From Escherichia coli (lineage in GTDB: Bacteria > Pseudomonadota > Gammaproteobacteria > Enterobacterales > Enterobacteriaceae), in NCBI RefSeq assembly GCF_003018235.1, contig NZ_CP027437.1: DNA of 64,000 nucleotides, one strand, 5' to 3'. The notes below the pieces were generated by a model, which was not told where the DNA came from, made no database searches, and saw only the letters and a list, made by a program, of their open reading frames with translations. Positions 48,025 through 57,746 of this stretch are shown piece by piece. Made by a program: the position numbers and the translations under genes. How positions within the stretch are numbered: the first letter of the stretch is position 1; the number at the start of each line of letters is the position of its first letter.

Positions 48025-49532
48025 TGGCAATTCTTGATGATGTGATTGGCGTTTTTTCACCAGGATGGAAAGCGGCAAGGCTGCGTTCCCGAGCGGTGAT
48101 CCAAGCTTATGAGGCCGTAAAAACGACGCGGACACACAAAGCCCGACGGGAGAACCGAACTGCCGACCAGTTAAGCCAGTACGGGGCCGTGTCGTTACGT
48201 GAGCAGGCCCGTTACCTTGATAACAACCACGATCTGGTCATTGGTGTATCTGACAAGCTGGAAGAACGGGTGGTGGGGAAAAACGGGATTATTGTCGAGC
48301 CACATCCGGTATTACGCAATGGTGCCATTGCCCGTGACCTGGCAGCGGAGATACGTACCCGATGGAGTGAATGGTCTGTCAGTCCGGAAGTCACCGGGCA
48401 GTTTACCCGTCCGATGCTGGAACGTCTGATGCTGCGTACCTGGCTGCGCGATGGTGAGGTGTTTGCCCAGATGGTTTCCGGGCGCATAAACAGCCTGACG
48501 CCTTCTGCCGGTGTTCATTTCTGGCTGGAGGCGCTCGAGCCGGACTTTATTCCCATGACCAGTGATGAGAGCAACAGGCTGAATCAGGGCGTGTTTGTTG
48601 ATGACTGGGGGCGTCCCGAAAAATATCTGGTGTATAAAAGTCGTCCTGTATCCGGACGGCAGATGGAAACCAAAGAAGTGGATGCAGAGCGAATGCTGCA
48701 TCTTAAATTTGTTCGCCGTCTGCACCAGATGCGCGGGACGTCTTTATTGTCCGGTGTGCTGATCCGCCTCAGCGCCCTGAAAGAGTATGAAGATTCTGAG
48801 CTGACTGCAGCAAGGATCGCCGCTGCTCTGGGGATGTACATCCGGAAAGGCGACGGACAGAGCTATGAAACGGATGGTAATGACAGCAAGGAGAATGAAC
48901 GCGAGCTTACCATTCAGCCAGGCATTATTTACGACGATCTGAAACCCGGCGAAGAAATCGGAATGGTGAAGTCGGATCGTCCCAATCCTAACCTTGAAAC
49001 TTTTCGTAATGGTCAGTTGCGTGCCGTGGCGGCGGGCAGTCGTCTGAGTTTTTCCAGTACGGCACGCAACTATAACGGCACTTACAGCGCCCAGCGTCAG
49101 GAACTGGTTGAGTCTACTGATGGCTACCTGATCCTGCAGGACTGGTTTATTGGTGCCGTCACCCGCCCGATGTATCGTGCCTGGCTGAAACAGGCTGTGG
49201 CATCCGGTGTTATCAGGCTACCCCGCGATCTTGACCGTTCTTCACTGTATACCGCGGTGTATTCCGGACCAGTGATGCCGTGGATTGACCCTGTTAAGGA
49301 GGCTGAGGCCTGGAAAATCCAGATTCGTGGTGGAGCGGCGACAGAATCAGACTGGGTACGTGCTGGTGGTCGTAATCCGGATGATGTCAAACGTCGGCGC
49401 AAGGCCGAAATTGATGAAAACCGCAAGCTGGATCTGGTATTTGATACCGATCCGGCCAGTGATAAAGGAGGCAGCAGTGCCGCAACGAAACGACAGGAGC
49501 CGCAGCACACCGACGACCAGTCCGAAGAATAA
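48024..49532 (+). CDS. Portal protein (lambda gpB-like)
   Basis: 502 aa from MAILDDVIGVFSPGWKAARLRSRAVIQAYEAV; track ORF carries an upstream extension overlapping W. Confidence 0.8.
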   Translation: MAILDDVIGVFSPGWKAARLRSRAVIQAYEAVKTTRTHKARRENRTADQLSQYGAVSLREQARYLDNNHDLVIGVSDKLEERVVGKNGIIVEPHPVLRNGAIARDLAAEIRTRWSEWSVSPEVTGQFTRPMLERLMLRTWLRDGEVFAQMVSGRINSLTPSAGVHFWLEALEPDFIPMTSDESNRLNQGVFVDDWGRPEKYLVYKSRPVSGRQMETKEVDAERMLHLKFVRRLHQMRGTSLLSGVLIRLSALKEYEDSELTAARIAAALGMYIRKGDGQSYETDGNDSKENERELTIQPGIIYDDLKPGEEIGMVKSDRPNPNLETFRNGQLRAVAAGSRLSFSSTARNYNGTYSAQRQELVESTDGYLILQDWFIGAVTRPMYRAWLKQAVASGVIRLPRDLDRSSLYTAVYSGPVMPWIDPVKEAEAWKIQIRGGAATESDWVRAGGRNPDDVKRRRKAEIDENRKLDLVFDTDPASDKGGSSAATKRQEPQHTDDQSEE

Positions 49533-49545
49533 TTCCTGGTTCAGG

Positions 49546-51504
49546 ATGCAGGCTGGTCACCAGAGTGACGCGGATATTTATATTTATGACGAGATTGGTT
49601 TCTGGGGTGTTACAGCGAAGCAGTTTATCAGTGATCTGAATGCACTGGGCGATATCACCCACATTAATCTCCATATTAATTCACCGGGTGGCGATGTCTT
49701 TGAAGGCATCGCCATTTTTAATGCGCTGAAAACACATGGTGCGTCCATTACCGTTTATGTCGACGGTGTGGCGGCGTCAATGGCGTCGGTCATTGCGATG
49801 GTGGGAAACCCGGTCATTATGCCGGAAAACACTTTCATGATGATTCATAAACCATTTGGCTTTACGGGCGGTGATGCGGAGGACATGCGCACCTATGCCG
49901 ACCTGCTCGATAAAGTTGAGGCGGTTCTGTTACCCGCTTATGCACAGAAAACCGGGAAAACCACCGATGAAATTGCTGCCATGCTGGCGGATGAGACCTG
50001 GATGTCCGGTGCCGAATGTCTGGCACATGGATTTGCTGATCAGGTAACGCCAGCCGTTAAGGCAATGGCATGTATTCAGTCAAAACGTACAGAGGAATTT
50101 AAAAAGATGCCGGAATCCATTCGAAACATGATTACTCCGCCACGCAACAGTGCTCCACGCGTACAGGATGATGAACCTGCAGCCTCCCGGACGCCAGTGC
50201 AGGCAGCAGCACCCGTGGTGGATGAAAACAGTATCCGTGCGCAGGTACTGGCAGAGCAAAAAGCGCGTGTAAACGGTATTAATGATCTGTTTGCCATGTT
50301 TGGCGGGCGTTATCAGACTCTGCAGGCTCAGTGTCTTGCCGATCCTGAATGTTCGCTGGAGCAGGCCCGCGAAAAGCTGTTGAACGAGATGGGGCGCGAG
50401 TCCACGCCATCCAATAAAAATACCCCGGCTCATATTTATGCCGGTAACGGTAATTTTGTGGGGGACGGGATCCGCCAGGCGCTGATGGCGCGTGCCGGAT
50501 TTGAAAAAACCGAACGTGATAATGTCTACAACGGGATGACCCTGCGTGAATATGCCCGTATGTCACTGACTGAACGGGGTATTGGGGTTTCCAGTTATAA
50601 CCCGATGCAGATGGTCGGTGCGGCGTTCACACACAGTACGTCTGACTTCGGTAATATTCTGCTGGATGTTGCGAACAAAGCCATTCTGCAGGGCTGGGAA
50701 GATGCTCCTGAAACCTATGAACAGTGGACGCGGAAAGGTCAGTTGTCTGATTTTAAAATTGCCCATCGTGTGGGTATGGGGGGCTTCAGTGCTCTGCGTC
50801 AGGTGCGTGAAGGGGCGGAATATAAATACGTCACCACCGGAGATAAACAGGCCACTATTGCACTGGCGACCTATGGCGAGCTGTTCAGTATCACCCGTCA
50901 GGCCATTATCAATGATGATCTGAATATGCTGACCGATGTCCCGATGAAGCTGGGCCGTGCGGCGAAATCCACCATTGCCGATCTGGTTTATGCCATTCTG
51001 ACGTCTAACCCGAAAATCTCCACAGATAATGTAAGTCTGTTCGATAAAGCGAAACATGCAAACGTACTGGAGAGCGCTGCAATGGACGTGGCATCGCTGG
51101 ATAAAGCCCGCCAGTTGATGCGCGTTCAGAAAGAGGGGGAGCGTCATCTGAATATTCGTCCTGCGTTCGTACTGGTACCGACGGCGATGGAGTCTGTTGC
51201 TAACCAGGTCATTCGCTCCTCAAGTGTCAAGGGGGCTGACATTAACGCCGGTATTATTAACCCGGTGAAAGATTTTGCGACCGTTATTGCAGAGCCTCGT
51301 CTTGATGATAACAGCCAGACCACCTTCTACCTGGCTGCGTCCAAAGGCTCCGATACGATTGAAGTGGCTTATCTCAACGGTGTGGATACGCCATATATTG
51401 ATCAGATGGAGGGCTTCAGTGTGGATGGCGTGACAACGAAAGTGCGTATTGACGCCGGTGTCGCGCCAGTTGATCACCGCGGTCTGGTGAAATGTACGGC
51501 GTAA
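49546..51504 (+). CDS. Prohead protease (ClpP/S49-like) - scaffold - HK97-fold major capsid fusion protein
   Basis: 652 aa from MQAGHQSDADIYIYDEIGFWGV; N-terminal ClpP-like domain (INSPGGDVFEGIAIFNAL...ASMASVIAM), Ala/Gln-rich coiled linker, C-terminal ~350-aa capsid domain. Confidence 0.75.
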   Translation: MQAGHQSDADIYIYDEIGFWGVTAKQFISDLNALGDITHINLHINSPGGDVFEGIAIFNALKTHGASITVYVDGVAASMASVIAMVGNPVIMPENTFMMIHKPFGFTGGDAEDMRTYADLLDKVEAVLLPAYAQKTGKTTDEIAAMLADETWMSGAECLAHGFADQVTPAVKAMACIQSKRTEEFKKMPESIRNMITPPRNSAPRVQDDEPAASRTPVQAAAPVVDENSIRAQVLAEQKARVNGINDLFAMFGGRYQTLQAQCLADPECSLEQAREKLLNEMGRESTPSNKNTPAHIYAGNGNFVGDGIRQALMARAGFEKTERDNVYNGMTLREYARMSLTERGIGVSSYNPMQMVGAAFTHSTSDFGNILLDVANKAILQGWEDAPETYEQWTRKGQLSDFKIAHRVGMGGFSALRQVREGAEYKYVTTGDKQATIALATYGELFSITRQAIINDDLNMLTDVPMKLGRAAKSTIADLVYAILTSNPKISTDNVSLFDKAKHANVLESAAMDVASLDKARQLMRVQKEGERHLNIRPAFVLVPTAMESVANQVIRSSSVKGADINAGIINPVKDFATVIAEPRLDDNSQTTFYLAASKGSDTIEVAYLNGVDTPYIDQMEGFSVDGVTTKVRIDAGVAPVDHRGLVKCTA

Positions 51505-51524
51505 ACGTCGCAGACAACAACTCT

Positions 51525-51547
51525 GATGGCCCGTAAGGGCTTTTTTT
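51525..51547 (+). terminator. Possible rho-independent terminator after capsid gene
   Basis: Short hairpin ggccc-gtaa-gggc followed by ttttttt. Confidence 0.4.
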
Positions 51548-51590
51548 GTACCTGAAATCAGCCTCTGAACGGGGCTGTGCGGAGACAGTT

Positions 51591-51914
51591 ATGGCAAAGA
51601 ATTTTGTAGAAGAAGGAAAAACGGTGGCGATTGTTGCCAGTGCAGCCATCAGCAGCGGAGATCTGGTGCAGGTGGGTGATGTTTTTGCGGTGGCGCTGAC
51701 CGATATTCCACAGGGTGAAACAGGCGACGGCATGACCGAAGGTGTGTTTATCCTGCCTAAACTGAAAACGGATGACATGAAAACGGGTAAGAAGGTTTAT
51801 CTGAAGTCCGGAAAAGTTCAGCTGACTAACAGCGGCTCTGATCCGCTGGTCGGGGTTGTCTGGGCAGATGCCGGAACCAGTGCAGAAGAAGTGCCGGTAA
51901 AACTCAATGTCTGA
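51591..51914 (+). CDS. Small head protein (decoration or head-completion protein, unassigned)
   Basis: 107 aa from MAKNFVEEGKTVAIVASAAISSGDLVQVGDVFAVALTDI after RBS GGAG; position directly after capsid gene. Confidence 0.5.
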   Translation: MAKNFVEEGKTVAIVASAAISSGDLVQVGDVFAVALTDIPQGETGDGMTEGVFILPKLKTDDMKTGKKVYLKSGKVQLTNSGSDPLVGVVWADAGTSAEEVPVKLNV

Positions 51915-52182
51915 TCCCTTTTCCCGGCTGGCAGCGCGTATGGATGCGATCACGGTCAGAAAGATGGGAAAGACAGCCTCGATTAATGATGTCGATATGG
52001 CTGTGATCCCGGGCGAAACACTGGCAGAGCTGAATGCTCTGTCCGGACCTGCGGTCTCTCTGGTGGTGTTTTCTTCGGGATACCGCCCACGGCGCGGGGA
52101 TCGCGTTGTTTATGACGGACAACAATGGACGGTCACACGGCATGAACGTTTTAACGGTAAGCCAATGATCTTTATTGAGTAA
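51907..52182 (+). CDS. Head-tail connector / head completion protein (FII-like position)
   Basis: 91-aa ORF overlapping the previous gene by 8 nt, upstream of gpZ homologue. Confidence 0.5.
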   Translation: MSDPFSRLAARMDAITVRKMGKTASINDVDMAVIPGETLAELNALSGPAVSLVVFSSGYRPRRGDRVVYDGQQWTVTRHERFNGKPMIFIE

Positions 52183-52193
52183 AGAGGTGTGGG

Positions 52194-52772
52194 ATGAAGG
52201 GGCTTGAGAATGCCATCCGCAATCTGAACAGCCTTGATACCCGTATGGTGCCACAGGCCAGCGCATGGGCGATAAACCGTGTGGCACAGAAAGCGGTCTC
52301 GGTTGCCACCCGGCAGGTTGCCGGGAATACCGTTGCGGGAGATAACCAGGTGAAAGGGATCCCCCTGAAACTGGTACGTCAGCGTGTCCGGGTGTTTAAA
52401 GCCAGTCCGTCAGGAAAAATGACGGCCAGGATCCGCGTTAACCGGGGCAATCTGCCCGCCATTAAGCTGGGGACAGCCCGGGTCAGACTGGCCCGGCGTG
52501 GTGGAAAACTGCAGTACCGTGGCAGTGTGCTGAAGGTGGGTAAATATCTTTTCCGGGATGCGTTTATTCAGCAACTGGCGAATGGTCGCTGGCATGTGAT
52601 GCGGCGTATTGATGGCAAAAATCGTTACCCCATTGATGTGGTGAAAATCCCGCTGTCCGGACCGCTGACACAGGCATTTGAAGATGCCCGCGACCACATC
52701 ATTGCTGCGGAAATGCCGAAACAGCTGGGGTATGCACTGAAACAACAACTGAGGTTATGGCTGACCCGATGA
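52194..52772 (+). CDS. Minor tail protein Z (lambda gpZ-like)
   Basis: 192 aa, same length and position as lambda Z; RBS GAGGTG. Confidence 0.7.
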   Translation: MKGLENAIRNLNSLDTRMVPQASAWAINRVAQKAVSVATRQVAGNTVAGDNQVKGIPLKLVRQRVRVFKASPSGKMTARIRVNRGNLPAIKLGTARVRLARRGGKLQYRGSVLKVGKYLFRDAFIQQLANGRWHVMRRIDGKNRYPIDVVKIPLSGPLTQAFEDARDHIIAAEMPKQLGYALKQQLRLWLTR

Positions 52773-53170
52773 ACCGGCATACACAAATCCGCCAGGCCGT
52801 ACTGGCACGCCTTCGGGAACAGTGTGGAGACAGCGCCACGTTTTTTGACGGGCTTCCGGCATTTATTGATGTGCAGGAACTGCCTGCCGTGGCGGTGTGG
52901 CTGAGTGATGCTCAGTACACCGGAAAAATGACGGATGAAGATGACTGGCAGGCTGTTCTGCATATTGCCGTCTTCATCCGGGCACAGGCACCGGATTCAG
53001 AGCTGGATATGTGGATGGAGAGCACCATTTTCCCTGCCCTGAATGATATACCGGCACTTTCCGGACTCATCGACACCCTGATCCCACTCGGTTTTAACTA
53101 TCAACGTGATAATGAGATGGCCACCTGGGCGATGGCGGAAATCACGTACCAGATCACGTACACGAATTAA
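52757..53170 (+). CDS. Tail terminator protein U (lambda gpU-like)
   Basis: 137 aa, overlaps Z stop, precedes major tail gene. Confidence 0.7.
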   Translation: MADPMNRHTQIRQAVLARLREQCGDSATFFDGLPAFIDVQELPAVAVWLSDAQYTGKMTDEDDWQAVLHIAVFIRAQAPDSELDMWMESTIFPALNDIPALSGLIDTLIPLGFNYQRDNEMATWAMAEITYQITYTN

Positions 53171-53180
53171 GGAGGTGGTA

Positions 53181-53924
53181 ATGACCACACCAAATCCACT
53201 GGCAAAGACGAAAGGTGCGGGGACGACGTTCTGGATGTATACCGGCAACGGCGATGCGTTTGCGAACCCTTTGTCGGACACTGACTGGCTGCGTCTTGCG
53301 ATGGTGAAGGATCTGCAACCTGGCGAAATGACCGCTGATGCAGAAGATGACACTTATCTCGATGATGAAGATGCAGACTGGAAAACGACAACCCAGGGGC
53401 AGAAATCCGTTGGTGATACTTCGGCGACGCTGGCCTGGCGTCCGGGTGACAGCGGGCAGAAAAAACTGGTTCAGTTGTTCGACTCCGGTGAAGTCTGCGC
53501 GTTTCGTATCAAATATCCCAACGGCACTGTTGATGTTTTCCGTGCCTGGCTGAGCTCACTGGGTAAAACCATTGCCTCAAAAGACGTGATGACCCGCACT
53601 GTGAAAATCAGCGGTGTGGGGCGTCCGTATCTGGCAGAGGAAGGCACTGAAACCGTGAGCGTTACCGGGCTGACAGTATCACCGGCGTCTGCCAGTGTAA
53701 AAGTGGGAGCAACCACCACGCTGACCTTTACAGTAAAACCTGACGGAGCCAGTGACAAAGCGATCAGTGTGCATTCGTCAGATCCACAGACTGCCACGGT
53801 TACCCTGAACGGACTTGTGGCCACGGTAAAAGGCGTGAAGCAGGGCAGTGTCAGCATTGTGGGCATGACCGCTGACGGGAATTTTGTGGCTGTGACTGCG
53901 GTGACTGTCAGCGCAGCAGGTTAA
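53181..53924 (+). CDS. Major tail protein V with C-terminal Ig-like (Big_2-type) domain
   Basis: 247 aa from MTTPNPLAKTKGAGTTFWMY after RBS AAGGAGGTGG; C-terminal beta-rich repeat VSVTGLTVSPASASVKVGATTTLTFTVKPDGASDKAISVHSSDPQTATVT. Confidence 0.8.
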   Translation: MTTPNPLAKTKGAGTTFWMYTGNGDAFANPLSDTDWLRLAMVKDLQPGEMTADAEDDTYLDDEDADWKTTTQGQKSVGDTSATLAWRPGDSGQKKLVQLFDSGEVCAFRIKYPNGTVDVFRAWLSSLGKTIASKDVMTRTVKISGVGRPYLAEEGTETVSVTGLTVSPASASVKVGATTTLTFTVKPDGASDKAISVHSSDPQTATVTLNGLVATVKGVKQGSVSIVGMTADGNFVAVTAVTVSAAG

Positions 53925-53981
53925 CAGGACGATACTCATCATTTGCCCCGGTTATGCGGGGCTTTTTTGCAGGTGGAGAAC

Positions 53982-54371
53982 ATGATGTTTCTGAAACAGG
54001 ACACGTTTAATTATGAAAAACAGTCCGTGGTGCTCAGTGAGCTGTCCGGGCTGCAGAGAATTGAATATCTGACGTTTGTTCAGCAGCGAACGGCAAAGTT
54101 TGATGCCGGGGAGGGAGAACTGCCGGAGGCTGAACGACAGATTGCTTTTCTGCGGATGGGGATGGATATCAATGCCTGGCTGGTTTCCCGCTCACTGTGG
54201 AATGCGGATCAGTCTAAGGATGTAGAGACGCTTTGCGCATCCGTTATTACAACATGGTCGTATGATGCCCTGGGTGCGGGGGCGGAGATGGTTCTGTCGC
54301 TGAGCGGTATGGGGGCCATTGATAATGCCGTGGATGATGAGCATGAGGCGCTGACGCCGGAAAAGTCCTGA
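53982..54371 (+). CDS. Tail assembly chaperone G (lambda gpG-like)
   Basis: 129 aa from MMFLKQDTFNYEK after RBS GGTGGAG; followed by -1 frame T ORF. Confidence 0.75.
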   Translation: MMFLKQDTFNYEKQSVVLSELSGLQRIEYLTFVQQRTAKFDAGEGELPEAERQIAFLRMGMDINAWLVSRSLWNADQSKDVETLCASVITTWSYDALGAGAEMVLSLSGMGAIDNAVDDEHEALTPEKS

Positions 54372-54709
54372 CGCGGGAAATGCAGTTTGTCATGCGGCTT
54401 GCCCGGGAGTTCCGGCGGGCAGACTGGCGGCGGATGCTGTCGGAAATGTCGGCCACTGAGCTTGGTGAGTGGGGCGATTATTTCCGGATGCAGAGCTTCA
54501 GTGATGTGTGGATGGATGCGCAGTTTGCCTCGCTGAAGGCATTGATCGTGATAATGGTGTCCGGCAGCAGTGATGCTGCGGTGGCTGATTTCAGCCTTTT
54601 ACCGGAAGAGAACGGGATACCGGAGCGAACGGACGAAGAACTGATGCATCTTGGGGAAGGTATTTCCGGAGGTGTGCGTTATGGAGCAGATAGCCAACCT
54701 GGTCATTGA
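54359..54709 (+). CDS. Tail assembly chaperone T portion, expressed as G-T fusion by programmed -1 frameshift
   Basis: T frame is -1 relative to G and is open only from 54347 (three stop codons at 54335-54346); candidate slippery heptamer G_GAA_AAG at 54359-54365, just before G stop. Confidence 0.65.
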   Translation, partial: GKVLTREMQFVMRLAREFRRADWRRMLSEMSATELGEWGDYFRMQSFSDVWMDAQFASLKALIVIMVSGSSDAAVADFSLLPEENGIPERTDEELMHLGEGISGGVRYGADSQPGH

Positions 54710-57700
54710 TTTGGGGATTGATGCGGCAGAGTTTAAAAATGAAATTCCCCGTATCAAAAACCTTCTGAATGGTGCAGCCAGCGATGCAGAACGGTCTTCT
54801 GCCCGTATGCAGCGTTTTATGGAGCGTCAGACTCAGGCCGCCCGGCAGACAACGCAGGCAGCTTCTTCGGCTGCAACAGCCGCATCCGTCCATGCGCAGA
54901 CGGTGGAGAAGAACGCACAGGCTCATGAACGCATGGCCCGCGAGGTGGAGAAAACCCGCCAGCGCATGGAGGCACTGAGCCAGAAAATGCGCGAGGAACA
55001 GGCGCAGGCCATGGCTCTGGCGGAGGCTCAGGATAAAGCGGCTGCTGCGTTTTATCGTCAGATTGACAGTGTGAAACAGGCCAGTGCGGGGCTGCAGGAA
55101 TTACAGCGTATTCAGCAGCAGATCCGACAGGCCAGAAACAGTGGCGGGATTGGTCAGCAGGATTATCTGGCGCTGATTTCTGAGGTTACTGCGAAAACCC
55201 GTGTTCTTACACAGGCTGAGGAAGAGGCTACCCGACAGAAAGTGGCGTTTATCCGTCAGCTTAAAGAGCAGGCAACCCGCCTGAATCTTTCATCTTCTGA
55301 GTTGCTTCGTGCTAAGGCAGCCCAGCTGGGGGTAAGCAGTGCTGCAGAAGTGTATATCCGCAAAATGGAGCATGCAGGAAAAGCCACGCATTCGCTGGGT
55401 CTGAAAAGTGCATCAGCCCGCCAGGAGATAGGCGTTCTGATAGGTGAACTGGCCCGCGGCAATTTAGGGGCGCTGAGGGGATCCGGGATAACGCTGGCTA
55501 ACCGTGCCGGATGGATAGACACACTGATGTCACCGAAAGGCATGATGCTTGGCGGGGTTATTGGCGGTATTGCCGCGGCCGTCTATGGTCTGGGTAAAGC
55601 CTGGTATGACGGTCAGAAGGAGGGGGAAGAATTTAACCGCCAGTTGTCGCTGACGGGGCATTATGCCGGAGTCACTGCCGGGCAGCTGTGGACGCTCAGT
55701 CGTGCTATTTCCGGGAATGGTATCACGCAACATGCTGCAGCCGGTGCGCTGGCTCAGGTGGTGGGGAGTGGTGCATTTCGTGGAAACGATATCGGTATGG
55801 TGGCGAGAGCTGCCGCACAGATGGAGCGATCGGTTGGCCAGTCGGTCAGCGATACCATAAATCAGTTTAAGCGGCTGAAGGATGATCCTGTAAATGCCGC
55901 GAAGGCTCTGGACAATGAGCTGCATTTTCTTACTGCCACTCAGCTTGAGCAGATACGCGTCCTTGGGGAGCAGGGGCGGTCCAGTGATGCTGCACGGATA
56001 GCCATGTCTGCACTGGCAGAGGAAACCGGTCGGCGTACTGCGGATATTGATAATAACCTCAATGCGCTTGGCAGTACGCTGAAGTATCTGTCTGATTTGT
56101 GGAGTCGTTTCTGGGATGCGGCCATGAATATTGGTCGTGAAGACTCGCTGGATGAACAGATTGCCGCTTTACAGGAGAAAGTGTCGCGGGCGAAAAGACT
56201 CCCCTGGACGGCATCATCTTCTCAGGTTGAATACGATCAGCAGCGTCTTAACGATCTTCAGGAGAAAAAACGCCAGAAGGATTTGCAGGATGCAAAAGAG
56301 CAGGCAGAGCGGAATTATCAGGAGCAACAGAAACGCCGTAATGCTGAAAATGCTGCACTGAACCGGATGAATGAAACGGAAGCAGCACGACATCAGCGTG
56401 AAATTGCGCGTATTAATGCCATGCAGTACGCCGATCAGGCTGTCAGGGATGCGGCGATACAACGTGAAAATGAACGTTACGAGAAAGCCCTGGCATCCGG
56501 TAAGAAAAAAACACGCGAAACCCGTAATGATGAGGCCACCCGGTTATTGCTGCAGTACAGTCAGCAACAGGCACAGGTGGAAGGACAGATTGCTGCTGCC
56601 AGACAGTCAGTAGGCATTGCCACGGAAAGGATGACAGAAGCGCATAAACAGCTTCTGGCTCTGCAGCAGCGCATCAGCGACCTAGACGGGAAAAAACTTA
56701 CGGCAGATGAAAAGAGTGTGCTGGCCCGTAAAGATGAACTGATTCAGGCACTGACGCTGCTGGATGTAAAACAGCAGGAGCTTCAGAAACAGACGGCACT
56801 CAACGAGCTGAAGAAAAAAACAATTCAGCTGACCAGTCAACTGGCTGAAGAAGAGCGCGCTCAGCGTCAGCAACATGACCTGGATATCGCCACGGTGGGT
56901 ATGGGTGATCAGCAGCGACAGCGATATCAGGTACAACTGAGTCTTCGCCAGAAATACCAGCAACAGCTGGAGCAGTTGAGGCGGGATAGTGAGCAGAAAG
57001 GGACATATAACACGGATGACTACAGAAAGGCCGAGCAGGCGCTGACGGAGAGCCTGAACCGACAACTGAATGAGAATCGCCGTTACTGGCAACAGCTTGA
57101 AGTTGTGCAGGGTAACTGGAAAAACGGAGTCCTGCGTGCATTTCAGGATTTTACCGTGGATGCAGATAATACGGCAGAAACAGCAGAACAGGTGTTCTCG
57201 TCAGCCTTCAGCAACATGGGAAATGGCCTGGCAACTTTTGTCACTACCGGCAAACTCAATTTCAAATCCTTCACCTCTTCTGTGCTGTCAGATATGGCGA
57301 AAATCCTGGCGCAGGCAACCATGATGAAATCGATAAAAGGGATTGGCAGTGTACTGGGATTTGATCTCAGCAGCCTTTCCCTGAATGCCAATGGGGGGAT
57401 TTATCAGTCTGCTGATTTGAGTCGTTACAGTGGCACGGTGGTTAACCGTCCGACGTTTTTTGCTTTTGCAAAAGGCGCGGGTGTGATGGGGGAAGCGGGA
57501 CCTGAAGCCATTCTGCCATTGCGTCGTGGTGCTGACGGTAAGCTGGGGGTTGTGGCGGATATTGGGGGTTCAGGTATGGCGATGTTTTCCCCGCAGTACA
57601 ACATCGAGATCAATAACGATGGCACGAACGGGCAGATAGGTCCGGCTGCCCTGAAGGCGGTTTATGACCTCGGGAAAAAAGCGGCAGCGGACTTTATGCA

Positions 57701-57746
57701 ACAGCAGGCCCGTGATGGTGGTCGGTTAAGTGGAGCATATCGGTAA
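54681..57746 (+). CDS. Tail tape measure protein (lambda gpH-like)
   Basis: 1021 aa from MEQIANLVIDLGIDAAEF after RBS GGAGGTG; long coiled-coil Gln/Ala/Arg-rich central region, Gly-rich C-terminal part. Confidence 0.85.
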   Translation: MEQIANLVIDLGIDAAEFKNEIPRIKNLLNGAASDAERSSARMQRFMERQTQAARQTTQAASSAATAASVHAQTVEKNAQAHERMAREVEKTRQRMEALSQKMREEQAQAMALAEAQDKAAAAFYRQIDSVKQASAGLQELQRIQQQIRQARNSGGIGQQDYLALISEVTAKTRVLTQAEEEATRQKVAFIRQLKEQATRLNLSSSELLRAKAAQLGVSSAAEVYIRKMEHAGKATHSLGLKSASARQEIGVLIGELARGNLGALRGSGITLANRAGWIDTLMSPKGMMLGGVIGGIAAAVYGLGKAWYDGQKEGEEFNRQLSLTGHYAGVTAGQLWTLSRAISGNGITQHAAAGALAQVVGSGAFRGNDIGMVARAAAQMERSVGQSVSDTINQFKRLKDDPVNAAKALDNELHFLTATQLEQIRVLGEQGRSSDAARIAMSALAEETGRRTADIDNNLNALGSTLKYLSDLWSRFWDAAMNIGREDSLDEQIAALQEKVSRAKRLPWTASSSQVEYDQQRLNDLQEKKRQKDLQDAKEQAERNYQEQQKRRNAENAALNRMNETEAARHQREIARINAMQYADQAVRDAAIQRENERYEKALASGKKKTRETRNDEATRLLLQYSQQQAQVEGQIAAARQSVGIATERMTEAHKQLLALQQRISDLDGKKLTADEKSVLARKDELIQALTLLDVKQQELQKQTALNELKKKTIQLTSQLAEEERAQRQQHDLDIATVGMGDQQRQRYQVQLSLRQKYQQQLEQLRRDSEQKGTYNTDDYRKAEQALTESLNRQLNENRRYWQQLEVVQGNWKNGVLRAFQDFTVDADNTAETAEQVFSSAFSNMGNGLATFVTTGKLNFKSFTSSVLSDMAKILAQATMMKSIKGIGSVLGFDLSSLSLNANGGIYQSADLSRYSGTVVNRPTFFAFAKGAGVMGEAGPEAILPLRRGADGKLGVVADIGGSGMAMFSPQYNIEINNDGTNGQIGPAALKAVYDLGKKAAADFMQQQARDGGRLSGAYR

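Noticed and set aside
49285-49545. 87-codon upstream extension of the capsid fusion ORF (track start 49285)
   Set aside because: Overlaps the portal gene 3' end in another frame; the ClpP-like domain begins right after Met 49546 and the portal stop at 49532 gives normal gene spacing.
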